Positions 20,551-57,348 of a stretch of 64,000 bases of DNA are shown here, one piece after another. The notes beneath the pieces are model-generated. The model worked only from the letters and a program-made list of their open reading frames with translations, searched no databases and was not told where the DNA came from. Position 1 is the first letter of the stretch; each line of letters begins with the position of its first letter. The position numbers and the translations under genes are program-made. Source of the DNA: the human T2T-CHM13v2.0 reference genome, Homo sapiens; assembly GCF_009914755.1 (NCBI RefSeq), contig NC_060938.1. One strand, written 5' to 3'.

Positions 20551-21024
20551 ATTTTGGCATGCTTCTATAGGATATGTGTTTACCTCTCATCATATATGGA
20601 CATTATTTCATTCATGTGTCTCCCTCACTAAGCTGCGAAGCCCTTAAACATAATAAACTATTTTTTATATCCCCAAACACAACATGTCCCATAAAAATAA
20701 TAAATTTGTAGAATTAACAAGGAATAAATCAAACTGAACCTATAGTGAACAGCTTCCGTACACTGACAGCAGCAAAGAAGAAAAAATAGCTCTCATACAA
20801 TAGAGAGCATCAATAAAACTTGCACTTATTTAAAAAATAAAGATTCCCATTCTTTTTCTAGATAACTTCCAGGAATCTTTTGCTTTTTCTCCCATTCTGT
20901 TTTGAGTGTACCTCTGGTGTTCACTTTAACTAGATTTCACTTTTCATCCGAGTATGGTATAAGGGGGCAAGTTTGTGATTTACCCTAGTACAACAGTACC
21001 GAATATGCCTTCAAAAAATTATTC

Positions 21025-21165
21025 CAGGTTAGGTGCAGTGGCTCATGCCTGTAATGTCAACACTTTGGGGGTGTCAAGGCAGGAGGATCGCTTGAGCCCA
21101 GGAGTTCAAGACCAGCCTAGACAACATAGCGAGACCCTGTCTCTACAAAAAATAGAAATATTTTA
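21025..21165 (+). mobile_element. FLAM / Alu left monomer
   Basis: GGAGGATCGCTTGAGCCCAGGAGTTC monomer motif. Confidence 0.8.
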
Positions 21166-22014
21166 AAATAAAATCTAATTATCTCCCAGCTTGAAACCTA
21201 TCAGAGCAACTCTAAAATGGTTATCAAAACATTTTGCTGCAGTGAGTAAAATACTACGGGTTGCTCAACTTCTCTTTGGCTATCCACATCTTTACTAATC
21301 TCTACACCATTCCTGTGAATAACACAGAATACACTCCTTCTTAACATCAGAACACATTAGAGTTCCTAATCTAGCATTAGAACTCTATGAATTCACATTA
21401 GAATTCCCAAAATCTAGCTGGGTCTTGAGTCACCACTGTAAAAGGGGTCAGCCTTAGACAGTTCCTAATTTGGATGTAGAGGTTAAACAGATTTCCCTGC
21501 TTTGTGAGGTCAAAAAGCCTACCTTTTTTCAAATTTTTAAAAGCCCTCCAGTGAGACAGCATTTTAATATTATGTTGTATCTCCTATGGTTTGACTCTTG
21601 TGAAATATTAATGAGATAAAAAGTCTAAATAGAATATAATCCAAAAATGTCACAAACCCAAGGAATATGTTAAATGACAGAAAATGTTTACTGATTTGTA
21701 ACAATCTAAAAAAAGGGACTCCCCAATATGTTTTCTTGTTGCTAATCATTAAAACAAGCCACTTTCATTTTAAACTTCAGCTGCTCTTTCCAAGTATCCA
21801 AAATGTTCTAATCAGCCCAAGTTAATTAGCAACTCATATTATTCCATTAGTTTACAAATAACTGAGGTGGTCCCCCTTGGGAAACACCTCAAGATGCACA
21901 CACAAAAGTTTCAAACACTTCCAGATGCTATGACCTATACACATCAGCTAAACTGTTAAACGGGTTTATTTCCTAGTCTTTGTAATGAATCCAAGTGGAC
22001 CTCACACCTCTTAC

Positions 22015-22106
22015 CATCACCCAGGAAGGGTGTGCATCTGTTCCGAAGGCCCCCCTGGCTCCAGGTCATCCTGGCTGCTGCTGCTCCAGGCTGGGCATCC
22101 ATGTTG
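22015..22106 (-). other. Candidate alternative 5'-UTR cassette exon of HNRNPC carrying a strong uATG
   Basis: ~68-nt AG-free pyrimidine-rich zone (22182-22115), CCCTCAC branch motif (A at 22124), acceptor CTGCAG|, donor ATG|GTAAGA at 22015/22014, CAACATGG Kozak ATG at 22102. Confidence 0.5.
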
Positions 22107-22235
22107 CTGCAGCTTGTGGTTTGTGAGGGGTAGTGTACAGGAAAAGCAGGATGGGATTTCAAGGGAAACAGGAGGAAGATGGCTTTCAGGGAAAATGCCA
22201 TCACGATCATAAGTGTTAAGTAGTACCACACACAT

Positions 22236-22241
22236 TTTATT
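22236..22241 (-). terminator. Candidate intronic polyadenylation signal (AATAAA) in HNRNPC intron 2
   Basis: Minus-strand AATAAA with an upstream U-rich tract (~22270-22311), UGUA at 22312-22315 and a CA dinucleotide 21-22 nt downstream (22214-22215). Downstream GU/U element is weak. Confidence 0.5.
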
Positions 22242-22724
22242 GCAGCACAGTTTAAAAATTTAACAAATGAAAGATTAAAAATAAAAAAACAAAAATAAAA
22301 AAAATTAAAAATACAGACGTCCAGAGATGCTCTAAAACAGTTAAGTTAAAGATCAGGAAAAATAAGGTCATAGACTTAACAGCCAGTAAAATTCTTTTCA
22401 GTGTGGGGAAGGGGATGAGGGCAAGGGTGGGGTTGGGAGAGAAAAGGTTTACGTGATCAAACCACTTAAAAATACTAATGCCTTCGCTTTCTCTCCCAAG
22501 ATGCAAAACTCCAAAGTCAATCAGGAGGCCGGAGAAATTCTTAGAAACATTCAGAAAAACTCGATTTTAATCCGGTTAAAAATCATCAGTGTCATTATCA
22601 TCATCATCATCACCATCATAAGTATTAATATAATAATAATAAGTAATAGTAACTAGTAACAACAATAAAAAGGAAATCAGCGGAAAGTCAGGAAAAATGT
22701 TAAAAAAAAATTGGAATAACTTAC

Positions 22725-22750
22725 TGTAGCTGAAGATCAAAAAAATCTCA
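22725..22750 (-). other. HNRNPC: HNRNPC exon 2, 26-nt non-coding micro-exon
   Basis: ttttttacag|TGAGATTTTTTTGATCTTCAGCTACA|gtaagt on the minus strand; branch-point-like TTCTAAT ~32 nt upstream; matches the recalled HNRNPC 5' UTR following exon 1. Confidence 0.92.
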
Positions 22751-24160
22751 CTGTAAAAAAACAAAAATAAAAATAGCCCAGATTAGAAAAACGGGAGGTG
22801 CAAAAATGTCAAGTCAGTAAAGTTCATTTCTTTTCTCTTTCCAAAAGCAGTTTCCACAAAAACCGCAAGGATAAAGTTTTCAGTAGCAGACAAGCAAAGC
22901 CCTTTCCACATCATCAATCAATCTTAAAAATACACGAGGAAGTAGAGAGGTCAGTTTATGAGAGGCTAAAAGGCTCCTCCTCCTCTAACCCAACTGCTGC
23001 AGAAAAAATAGAAATAGAAATTTTAAAAATTACATCTTAAATCCAGGTCCCGGTTTTGGAAACAATTAAAAAAAAAACACCTGTACATTTGCTGTAGTGC
23101 ACACCAAGTTGCATCATTATGTTTAAAATGTCTTTATAAAATCAGTTTTGGAATGGAATGTGTGTGTTCTGGAAGGGTGGGGAAGGGAGGTTAAAAATCA
23201 AAGCTGAGCTCCAGTGAGTAGGGATGGGGTTCGCCTTGCTGCCCTGTGAAAGGAGAAGGGACAGATTGAGTCAGAGTTCCTCAGAAATGTTGTGCCCTAA
23301 ACCCCCAAGACAGAAACATCTGTCTACTGCAGCTAACACATTTTGGTAAAGCATTAACATTCCACTGGGATGGGATAGCCTCCATAGAATCACCTCTACC
23401 AGTGACTGTCTTCACAATTCTTCAACATCAATAGATGACTAAAATTAACTAAATTCATGTCAATATGCCCTTGAGGGTCTCAAAAAGAGTATATCCCAAA
23501 TGTTCATCTTGATAATGAGCAGTTTGGGCAAAGAAAATACAGAAAAACCGGGCCAACAAATAGAGATGAAATAGTGAGCAAATGTCAAATACTGAGATTA
23601 TAAAACCTAAGCAGATTCATGGGTTTTAAACTTAAAAAAGTCCGTGGAGTTTTTGCTATGAGTAATAGACTGAAGGTGAATGGCCTACCATGAAGATCTA
23701 TACTAGAGATGACTCATCTATTCTCAAAACCAGTGAGTGATCAAACCACAAGACCTAATAGGTTCTACTGTTAGGGGAAAAGATGTTTTAAATAAGGAGC
23801 ACATTATTCCACTCACTGACAAAACGAAAATACAGATGGAATTAAAAAAATACTGAATATTTAAGGTCATAAAATAGGTGAAAAAAATTAAGGTCCTTAT
23901 GTTAATACTTTTGTTTCTGTAGTCCACTATTTACTATGTAGCGTGTAAAGCTAATTTCAAGTTATGGATTCTAAAAATCTGGTACATAATACCACACTAA
24001 AATAATTTCCATGACAAACTGGTTGTTTCATCAGCTAAAATAGGAACTGCAATTAGACTGTAGTTCCTTGTGCAAACAATGAACTAGCTGCACTCACTGT
24101 TCAATTTAGCCATGAGGTCTTATTCTCCTTTGTAAATTTGAGGAAATTAAAATATTTTAA

Positions 24161-26551
<2,391 letters not shown>

Positions 26552-28239
26552 TTAATAAAACTCAATCTGTACAGTTTTTAGGCTTCTGGCAACAAAAAAT
26601 TTGAATTAGAAACTAAAAATTCAAATAGGTTTTAAAAAAAAGTCTAAGTCCCCTTATTTGCCTAAGGAGGATTAAAATCTATTTCTCCTAACTCCTAGGC
26701 AAACTTACTCCCCAGCCAACACCTCTCACATTCAACACTTTATTAAGATTTAATAATTTGCCCCTTAGTCTTTAAAATTAGAGCAACTAGCTATTTTGGA
26801 GTTTATTCTTTGCTTGTTTCGCACAGCCATTCCATCCAAAACAAGGTCGAATGCCATGTCAAATCCTCTAGAGATTTAATTACAAACGTAAGCTGTTTAA
26901 ATTCTCTACAGAAGGAACATCAACCACCAAGTATTCCCGAGAGTGGCACTAGCATGAGGGGGAAAAAAAAGGTCAGAAAACCTGCAACCTGGCCATCCTT
27001 CTTCAACTTTTCCCCCTAGCCAATATGAAAATGTTACTAAACGCCTATCTAGTTGAGAACACACCTAGAATTGTGATATAAATACCGTGGCAAACAGTTT
27101 CGGATATTAACTCAAAGAATTTTTGGTGCGCTGATATACATACTGACCGGAAGGAACCCATTTTCGAAAACCTCAAAGAAAAGTGCCCGTCAATCAATTT
27201 CAACTACTATTAACAGTTCTTAAATACTAATTTCTGACATTTCTCCTTGCCAACATTTTTACTTCATGATTTCCCATTTTTACCCTAACCTCATTTCTAA
27301 CAGTTCAGCACAATGATAAACTTTAGTTTTAAGTTCCTGTAATAATATACATGTTTAAGCCTTAAGAAAGGGGTCGCGATGTTTTTGACCCTTATTTTAC
27401 TTCCTATCAAATAGATTGCCTTACAGATGAATTTCTTACCCTGCAGAATGGGTTTAAACTGTGCTTAACAGCTTTAGTTTTTGTGAGATTAACAGATTGT
27501 GAAAAATAAACTTAGCCAAATCTCATGTGAGGATTAAAAAAAGCGATGTCCCAGATAAGTCAATGTGACACTAAAGATCTAAACAATTTTTTTTAACTTT
27601 TAAGTTTTTTATCAAATTTCAGCACCCAGCAAATAATAGGCACTGTTAATATTTGCTTAATATAACGTAGCTGTGAATTTTTGCCCACATTTAGGCGGAC
27701 GGGAAAATTAACGCCAGAATATCCCGAAAGTCAAATTTTGTCATCTTACACTTAGGAAGTTACGTTAAAAAATTCTCAAGTCTCGTAGTATTTTTCTTAA
27801 GCGCAATTTGGGAATTTCCAGTTACCTCGTGGTTTCCGTCATCAGGTTCTTGGCAAAGATTGCAATACAGTAGTTTTAGAACTATATTAACTAGGTATTC
27901 CATTAACTAGGTAAAAACCACTCGACTGACCTCGTGGTCAAATTCCTTACTAGTGCTGCTACTGACTTAATATGACCCTAGCAACCAACACTTTTCTGCC
28001 TCAGTTTCCGTCTGAGAAAGAGAGTTAATACCTACCTCAAGCAAAGTTCCACTAACTTATATATTTCAAGTGTTTTGTAACCTGCAGATGAAAAGTCAGC
28101 TGTAAATATTAATATAGTTATATCACAATATTTCCTTTTACAAATGTAAGTGAAAATAACTACTTCGAGCTCCATCATTTGCTCATAGAGAGAAATAAAA
28201 TAAAAAGTTATCAGTAAAATGCTGAATCTTTTGTTAAAC

Positions 28240-29350
28240 CTTTCTCGTAGGCCACGCGGCACGATCCAGGATTTAAAGGCTCGCGATACATCTACTTGGT
28301 AACCTTCCCCCTTCCCCTCCCCCACTTTTTACATGTAAGAAGAACGGAGGTAATAGAAGGCATCGGCGCTACGTTAACTTCGACTATATTAATGAGCATC
28401 ACGATCTTCATTTTCATGATCCCGTAGTCCTCGCGGTCGTAGAAAATGAAAGGAAAGCAGCCGTTAACACAGGAAGAGCGAAAAAAGGACATTTTCCCTG
28501 GCGATCGTGGCCTAGAGGACACCAGGTTAAACCTATACAGAGGCTGAGGCCTATAAAACTGCCCCCGGCTTCAACCTAATCCCCCAAAACAAGCAGAATA
28601 AATGAGGGCCCGGTTAGTTAGGGGGAAGGATTCCCACATCTTCTCTCCCACACCCCCTCTCGCTTCCCGAAAAACCCAGCGCCTTCCCTGCGTCCGCCCT
28701 CTCCACTTACCAAGAAGGGGAGGGAGAAGAGATTCGATTCTGAGTCTCCTACTCCCGGGTTCTGCGTAGAGAAGCCGACTGCTGCTGGAGGTCGGCAACG
28801 CGGCCACAACCGCTCAGTCTTCGTCTCTTCACAAAATGGCCCCCGAGTCTCCTCTGCCGCCGAGGCGAAGGCCTAGTCCCCGCCCCATTCCTGAGAATCT
28901 TCCTATTGGCTGTGCGTTTTTTCGCTCCCGCTCCTAATTAGACAGTTCAACCGCTCCTCACAATGATATCCAATCACAATTAGCAGTGGGTTAGACTAAG
29001 CAGGCGAATTTCCACATGCGTGAGAGAAACTAGTTTATAACTGGTTAGTTTTCCTGTCATTTATTGCCTGGAGAATGCTTATTGGCTATTGCACGGGACG
29101 ACCCTCTGGGTGGAAACTCGCCTTTGTATCGCGCACCGTCTCACATCCGGGTATCTGGGAGGCCTGATTGGCGGCCGCGGCGTCCTATCGCTGCCCCTTA
29201 GAGTGCCTAGTAGAAGATCCGCCCAGACCTCGGATTTCCGGCTGCGCGGGGGCGGGGAAAGGGTTGAGGGGCGTAGTTAGGTGACGGGCGCAAAAGACCT
29301 GCCCCAGCCCCGGGCCTAGGGAAAAAAAAGCGCGAAATGAAGCCTCCGTT
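28240..29350. promoter_or_regulatory. HNRNPC: CpG-island, TATA-less promoter of HNRNPC
   Basis: High CpG density; YY1-type CAAAATGGCC 28832-28841; GC boxes 28878-28886 and ~29249-29257; CCAAT/ATTGG boxes at 28905, 28970, 29081, 29167; ETS-type TTTCCGG ~29235-29241. Confidence 0.9.
28711..28890 (-). other. HNRNPC: HNRNPC exon 1 (non-coding 5' UTR); upstream boundary (TSS) approximate
   Basis: Minus strand reads ...GGCCATTTTGTGAAGAGACGAAGACTGAGCGG...CTCAGAATCGAATCTCTTCTCCCTCCCCTTCTTG|gtaagt, matching the HNRNPC mRNA leader as I recall it; consensus donor at 28711/28710; inside a CpG island. Confidence 0.92.
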
Positions 29351-29759
29351 GTGCAATGTGAATAAAGAAAGGACTTTTCTTAAAATGAGGAGGGAGCAGC
29401 AGTGACTAGGCCTTGTTAAAGTGTGTAGAAAACTAACCAGTCCTGCAGTTTTTCCAACCCCAGACCCTTTCTCAGTTCCAGATTCGAATGTCAGCTACCT
29501 CGTAGACATCTGCTTCTTGGCCTATTAAACCCTTCTTCAGACAACACATGTTCCATCGAAACCAACTGACTTCCTTATTCCTCTCCAATATAAAAAGGAA
29601 GTGCAGAATCCTGGCCTCTGGCCCCAGGGCATCTAATATCTTAAGTGCCAGCAAAATTGGCCCATCCTTCCAAATCTGGTCCCTTAATTTCCCTCCTCTT
29701 GAAATGGCTTGTCTCCTACCTACCCCCGTCACCTGCCAGTCTCTCTGGTTACATTATAG

Positions 29760-32718
<2,959 letters not shown>

Positions 32719-32719
32719 C

Positions 32720-33750
<1,031 letters not shown>

Positions 33751-34437
33751 CTACCCTTATATTAAATATTAATAGTAAAAATAAAAATTTACTGAGCAGA
33801 TACCATGTGTAAAGCACTTTTCTAAGTGTTTCACATGAATTAGCTCATTTGATAATTTTATTATCCCCATTTTAAAGATGTAGAAATGAAAGCACAGAAA
33901 GGTTAAGTAATTTGCCTAAGGTCACACAACTAGTTTTTGGTGGTGCAAGATTCTGACACTATAGCTAGACACTCGGAAGCCTGTAATCCCAGCTACTCAG
34001 GAGGCTGAGGCAGGAGGATCCCTGGAGACCAGGATTTAGCTACCAGCAGCAAGACCGTGTCTCAAAAAGAGAAAAAAAAAAGATTCTAATGCTAGGAGGT
34101 CTAGTTCTAGAGGATATGCAAATAACCATTACACTATTATTAATAATGTAATGTATGCCAAGGTGGGAAAATCCTACCCATTCACTCAACAATACTTGTT
34201 AAACGTACTATGTAATTAGCTGATGCCACAAGAGCATAGAAGTAAACAAAACAGACATGGCCCTGCCCTTCAGAACAGAATCAAATATTAAATGGATAAT
34301 TACTCAATTAATTGTTTATACTAAATTGTGAGTGCTACTGAAAATAAGTAAGAAGGTGCTATGAGACCTATATAATAGAGACTTCAAGCCCCTTCAGAAG
34401 ATATTTGAAAATAAGTGACTTTATTTTAAAAACATCC

Positions 34438-37393
<2,956 letters not shown>

Positions 37394-37558
37394 GAAATTT
37401 CTTTAACACAGAACAAAGTCTTACTGTCTACATTGAGAAGTACATTAAGCCTAGTGGAAAAAGTATCACGTAAATTCACTCCAAGATGTAATGAGAATGT
37501 TAAGGGAAACTGGTTGCCTGAAAGAGGTAGGAGATGTTTTAAAAATTAACAAAAGTCA

Positions 37559-39509
<1,951 letters not shown>

Positions 39510-39515
<6 letters not shown>

Positions 39516-39590
39516 AACCTAGAGTACTAAAGGACACCAGAACATTGAGAGAAAAGAATTAGCGACAGCTATCTGGAGCAAGCAAGAACT
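39510..39590 (+). other. RPGRIP1: Probable RPGRIP1 non-coding exon 1 (start approximate)
   Basis: Consensus donor ACT|gtaagt at 39590/39591 in unique sequence ~7.8 kb upstream of the ATG exon; that exon begins with a genuine acceptor (47380), so an upstream exon is required. Confidence 0.65.
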
Positions 39591-39664
39591 GTAAGTTTCT
39601 ATCTGATGCATATTTATAGTTTCCTATGTCTTCCCTAGGGGTGTTTTTGAGAAGAATGAAATAA

Positions 39665-46728
<7,064 letters not shown>

Positions 46729-47358
46729 AGACTGGATACTATCATCCAGGAAAAAAAGTGTTGGCCAGAGTATGAGGCAACTCTATAGACAGGATTTCCT
46801 GATTATTCAGGCCACAGAGCTGAATATGGTCATTTCAGAGCTCCCAAGTTTACATAGTAGTTCTAGCCATCCCCAGAGGCTAATTTAAACTTCTCAGTTT
46901 TATTTTCAACCTCCTAGGAGATAGAATCTGATTGGTTCAGCGAGGGTCATTTGTCTTGGGTCATTCGATTAACCCTGGTCCAATCAGCAATGGCTTCGGG
47001 GACTGGATTGTAGGCTATAAACTGATTCCTGGGGAGTCAGTCCCTGTAAATTGAGTGGAGAGAGGGATAGAGGCCTATTTCGCAGAGAAAAGGGATGGTC
47101 ATCGGCTTCCAGGCTGAGCAGACACTTAAAAAAATGATCCGAAATGATATCCATCAATTCCATAATCATAAAAACTGATTTTCATTTTGGATCAAGTCAT
47201 TCCTACTGAATACTTGTTGTTACTCTTTAGTGTAGAGTTGTCCACACTACCATGAGAATGACTCTGACATGTCATATACCATCATGAAAGTGCTGAGAAA
47301 TTCCTGCTACAACTTATGTACACGTTTCAGAAGACATCCTAAAGTTGCATGTAACTGA

Positions 47359-47517
<159 letters not shown>

Positions 47518-47589
47518 TGAGGATGGACACCTTTTAGAATTAAAAGAACTCTCACTGTGGAACATCTTGCTGGCCTTCACAGAGACTGA

Positions 47590-50680
<3,091 letters not shown>

Positions 50681-50681
50681 C

Positions 50682-50890
50682 ACAGTTGAGAATTTTGTGC
50701 TTCTGAAAGCTTTAACTGTTCCACAAAGTCCATGAAACATGAACTGACTGAGATAATTTTTCAAGTTAGAAGAGTCATAGTGATAGGAAACCGTTGTTCA
50801 GGAACTACCTACCTGGAGTTCCAGTCAGTTTGGAAGCCACCCACATATCCAAAAAGCTAAAAGAATTCAATATTTTTCTTCAGTATCATA
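50682..50890 (+). pseudogene. MRPS17P6: Degraded, 5'-truncated processed pseudogene of mitochondrial ribosomal protein S17 (probably MRPS17P6)
   Basis: Hand translation across frameshifts gives TVENFVLLKALTVPQ / MKHELTEIIFQVRRVI / IGNRCSGTTYLE / SKKLKEFNI, versus recalled MRPS17 TVGDIVLLRALPVPR / VKHELAEIVFKVGKVI / TGKPCAGTTYLE / SKNLEELNI. The symbol is from memory of map position. Confidence 0.8.
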
Positions 50891-51027
50891 AAAGAAAAAT
50901 AGAAGATGAGAAAGGGGAATATTTACAAGTTTATTTTATGAAAAAATAAGCTTTTTTAGGTTTCATTACAAACATGTCCAATTTCACTTCTGTCATTTAT
51001 GAAATAACTAAAAGTAGATGAAGTACC

Positions 51028-54003
<2,976 letters not shown>

Positions 54004-54119
54004 TAAATACTTGACTCAAGATAGATTTATGCTCTCTGGACAAGATGTGATGAGACATCTAAAGGGTTCAAAAAATAGGTGTAAAAATACTGTCCATTTA
54101 CTGTTTTCTGGGACTTTAG

Positions 54120-54252
54120 GTAAGAATATGAAAACTCAACCACCCTTGAGCAGGATGAACCGGGAGGAATTGGAGGACAGTTTCTTTCGACTTCGCGAAG
54201 ATCACATGTTGGTGAAGGAGCTTTCTTGGAAGCAACAGGATGAGATCAAAAG
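54120..54252 (+). CDS. RPGRIP1: RPGRIP1 coding exon 2 (exon 3): (G)[43 protein letters not shown](R)
   Basis: ctttag|GTAAGAATATG...AAAAG|gtactt; 133 nt; phase continues from the previous exon; frame seen in ORF 54011..54310. Confidence 0.96.
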
Positions 54253-54270
54253 GTACTTAGAGTTCTCCTT

Positions 54271-56855
<2,585 letters not shown>

Positions 56856-57279
56856 TAACTTCAAAACATATTATTATATACAGTGATCTTAGATTTCTTT
56901 CTTTAGAAAATGGGGACCTGGAAAGAAATCTGAGACGGAGGTGAGGGAAGGTAAACAGATGGGAAGAATGGGAGTTCTCAAAGTCTGGAGTCTATCTCTA
57001 GGACACATTTTGAAGATACTGGTGTCAATGCCTTCCAGCCAAGGACCACCAGGAACATACCAACAGTTGAGCAAGCTGGGCTTATTCATTACAGCTAGAG
57101 AATATGCACACCAGGGGAACTAAAGGCATCTCAGCAAATGTGTTAGAACTTATTATAGTATCTAAGCTTTGTTTGATTGGGTGATTTTGGGGGAGGATCC
57201 AAGGAAACAGAAGTTTGCTCCAGATTTCATGCTGTCAGAAAGCAAGCACAATTCTATGTTTCGGTATCTCAATAAATTA

Positions 57280-57280
57280 T

Positions 57281-57347
<67 letters not shown>
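57280..57347. repeat. (CTTT)n microsatellite
   Basis: Seen directly. Confidence 0.95.

Positions 57348-57348
<1 letters not shown>

Noticed and set aside
22576-22764. Minus-strand ORF ending in an acidic DGDDDDDNDTDDF tail, reminiscent of the hnRNP C C-terminus
   Set aside because: Non-ATG start inside the polypyrimidine tract; runs through the exon 2 donor; the acidity comes from a (GAT)n microsatellite.
22811-22920. Box C/D snoRNA-like arrangement (UGAUGA 22916-22911, CUGA 22817-22814, ~63 nt from the 3' splice site)
   Set aside because: Position is suggestive, but box C lacks the leading purine, there is no convincing terminal stem or C' box and no recognisable guide; needs snoScan or small-RNA evidence.
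28571-28809. Minus-strand ORFs across HNRNPC exon 1
   Set aside because: Non-ATG starts, and they read through the exon 1 donor; exon 1 is 5' UTR.
54011-54119. Upstream in-frame extension of the exon 3 ORF
   Set aside because: Intronic sequence before the acceptor at 54119; open by chance.
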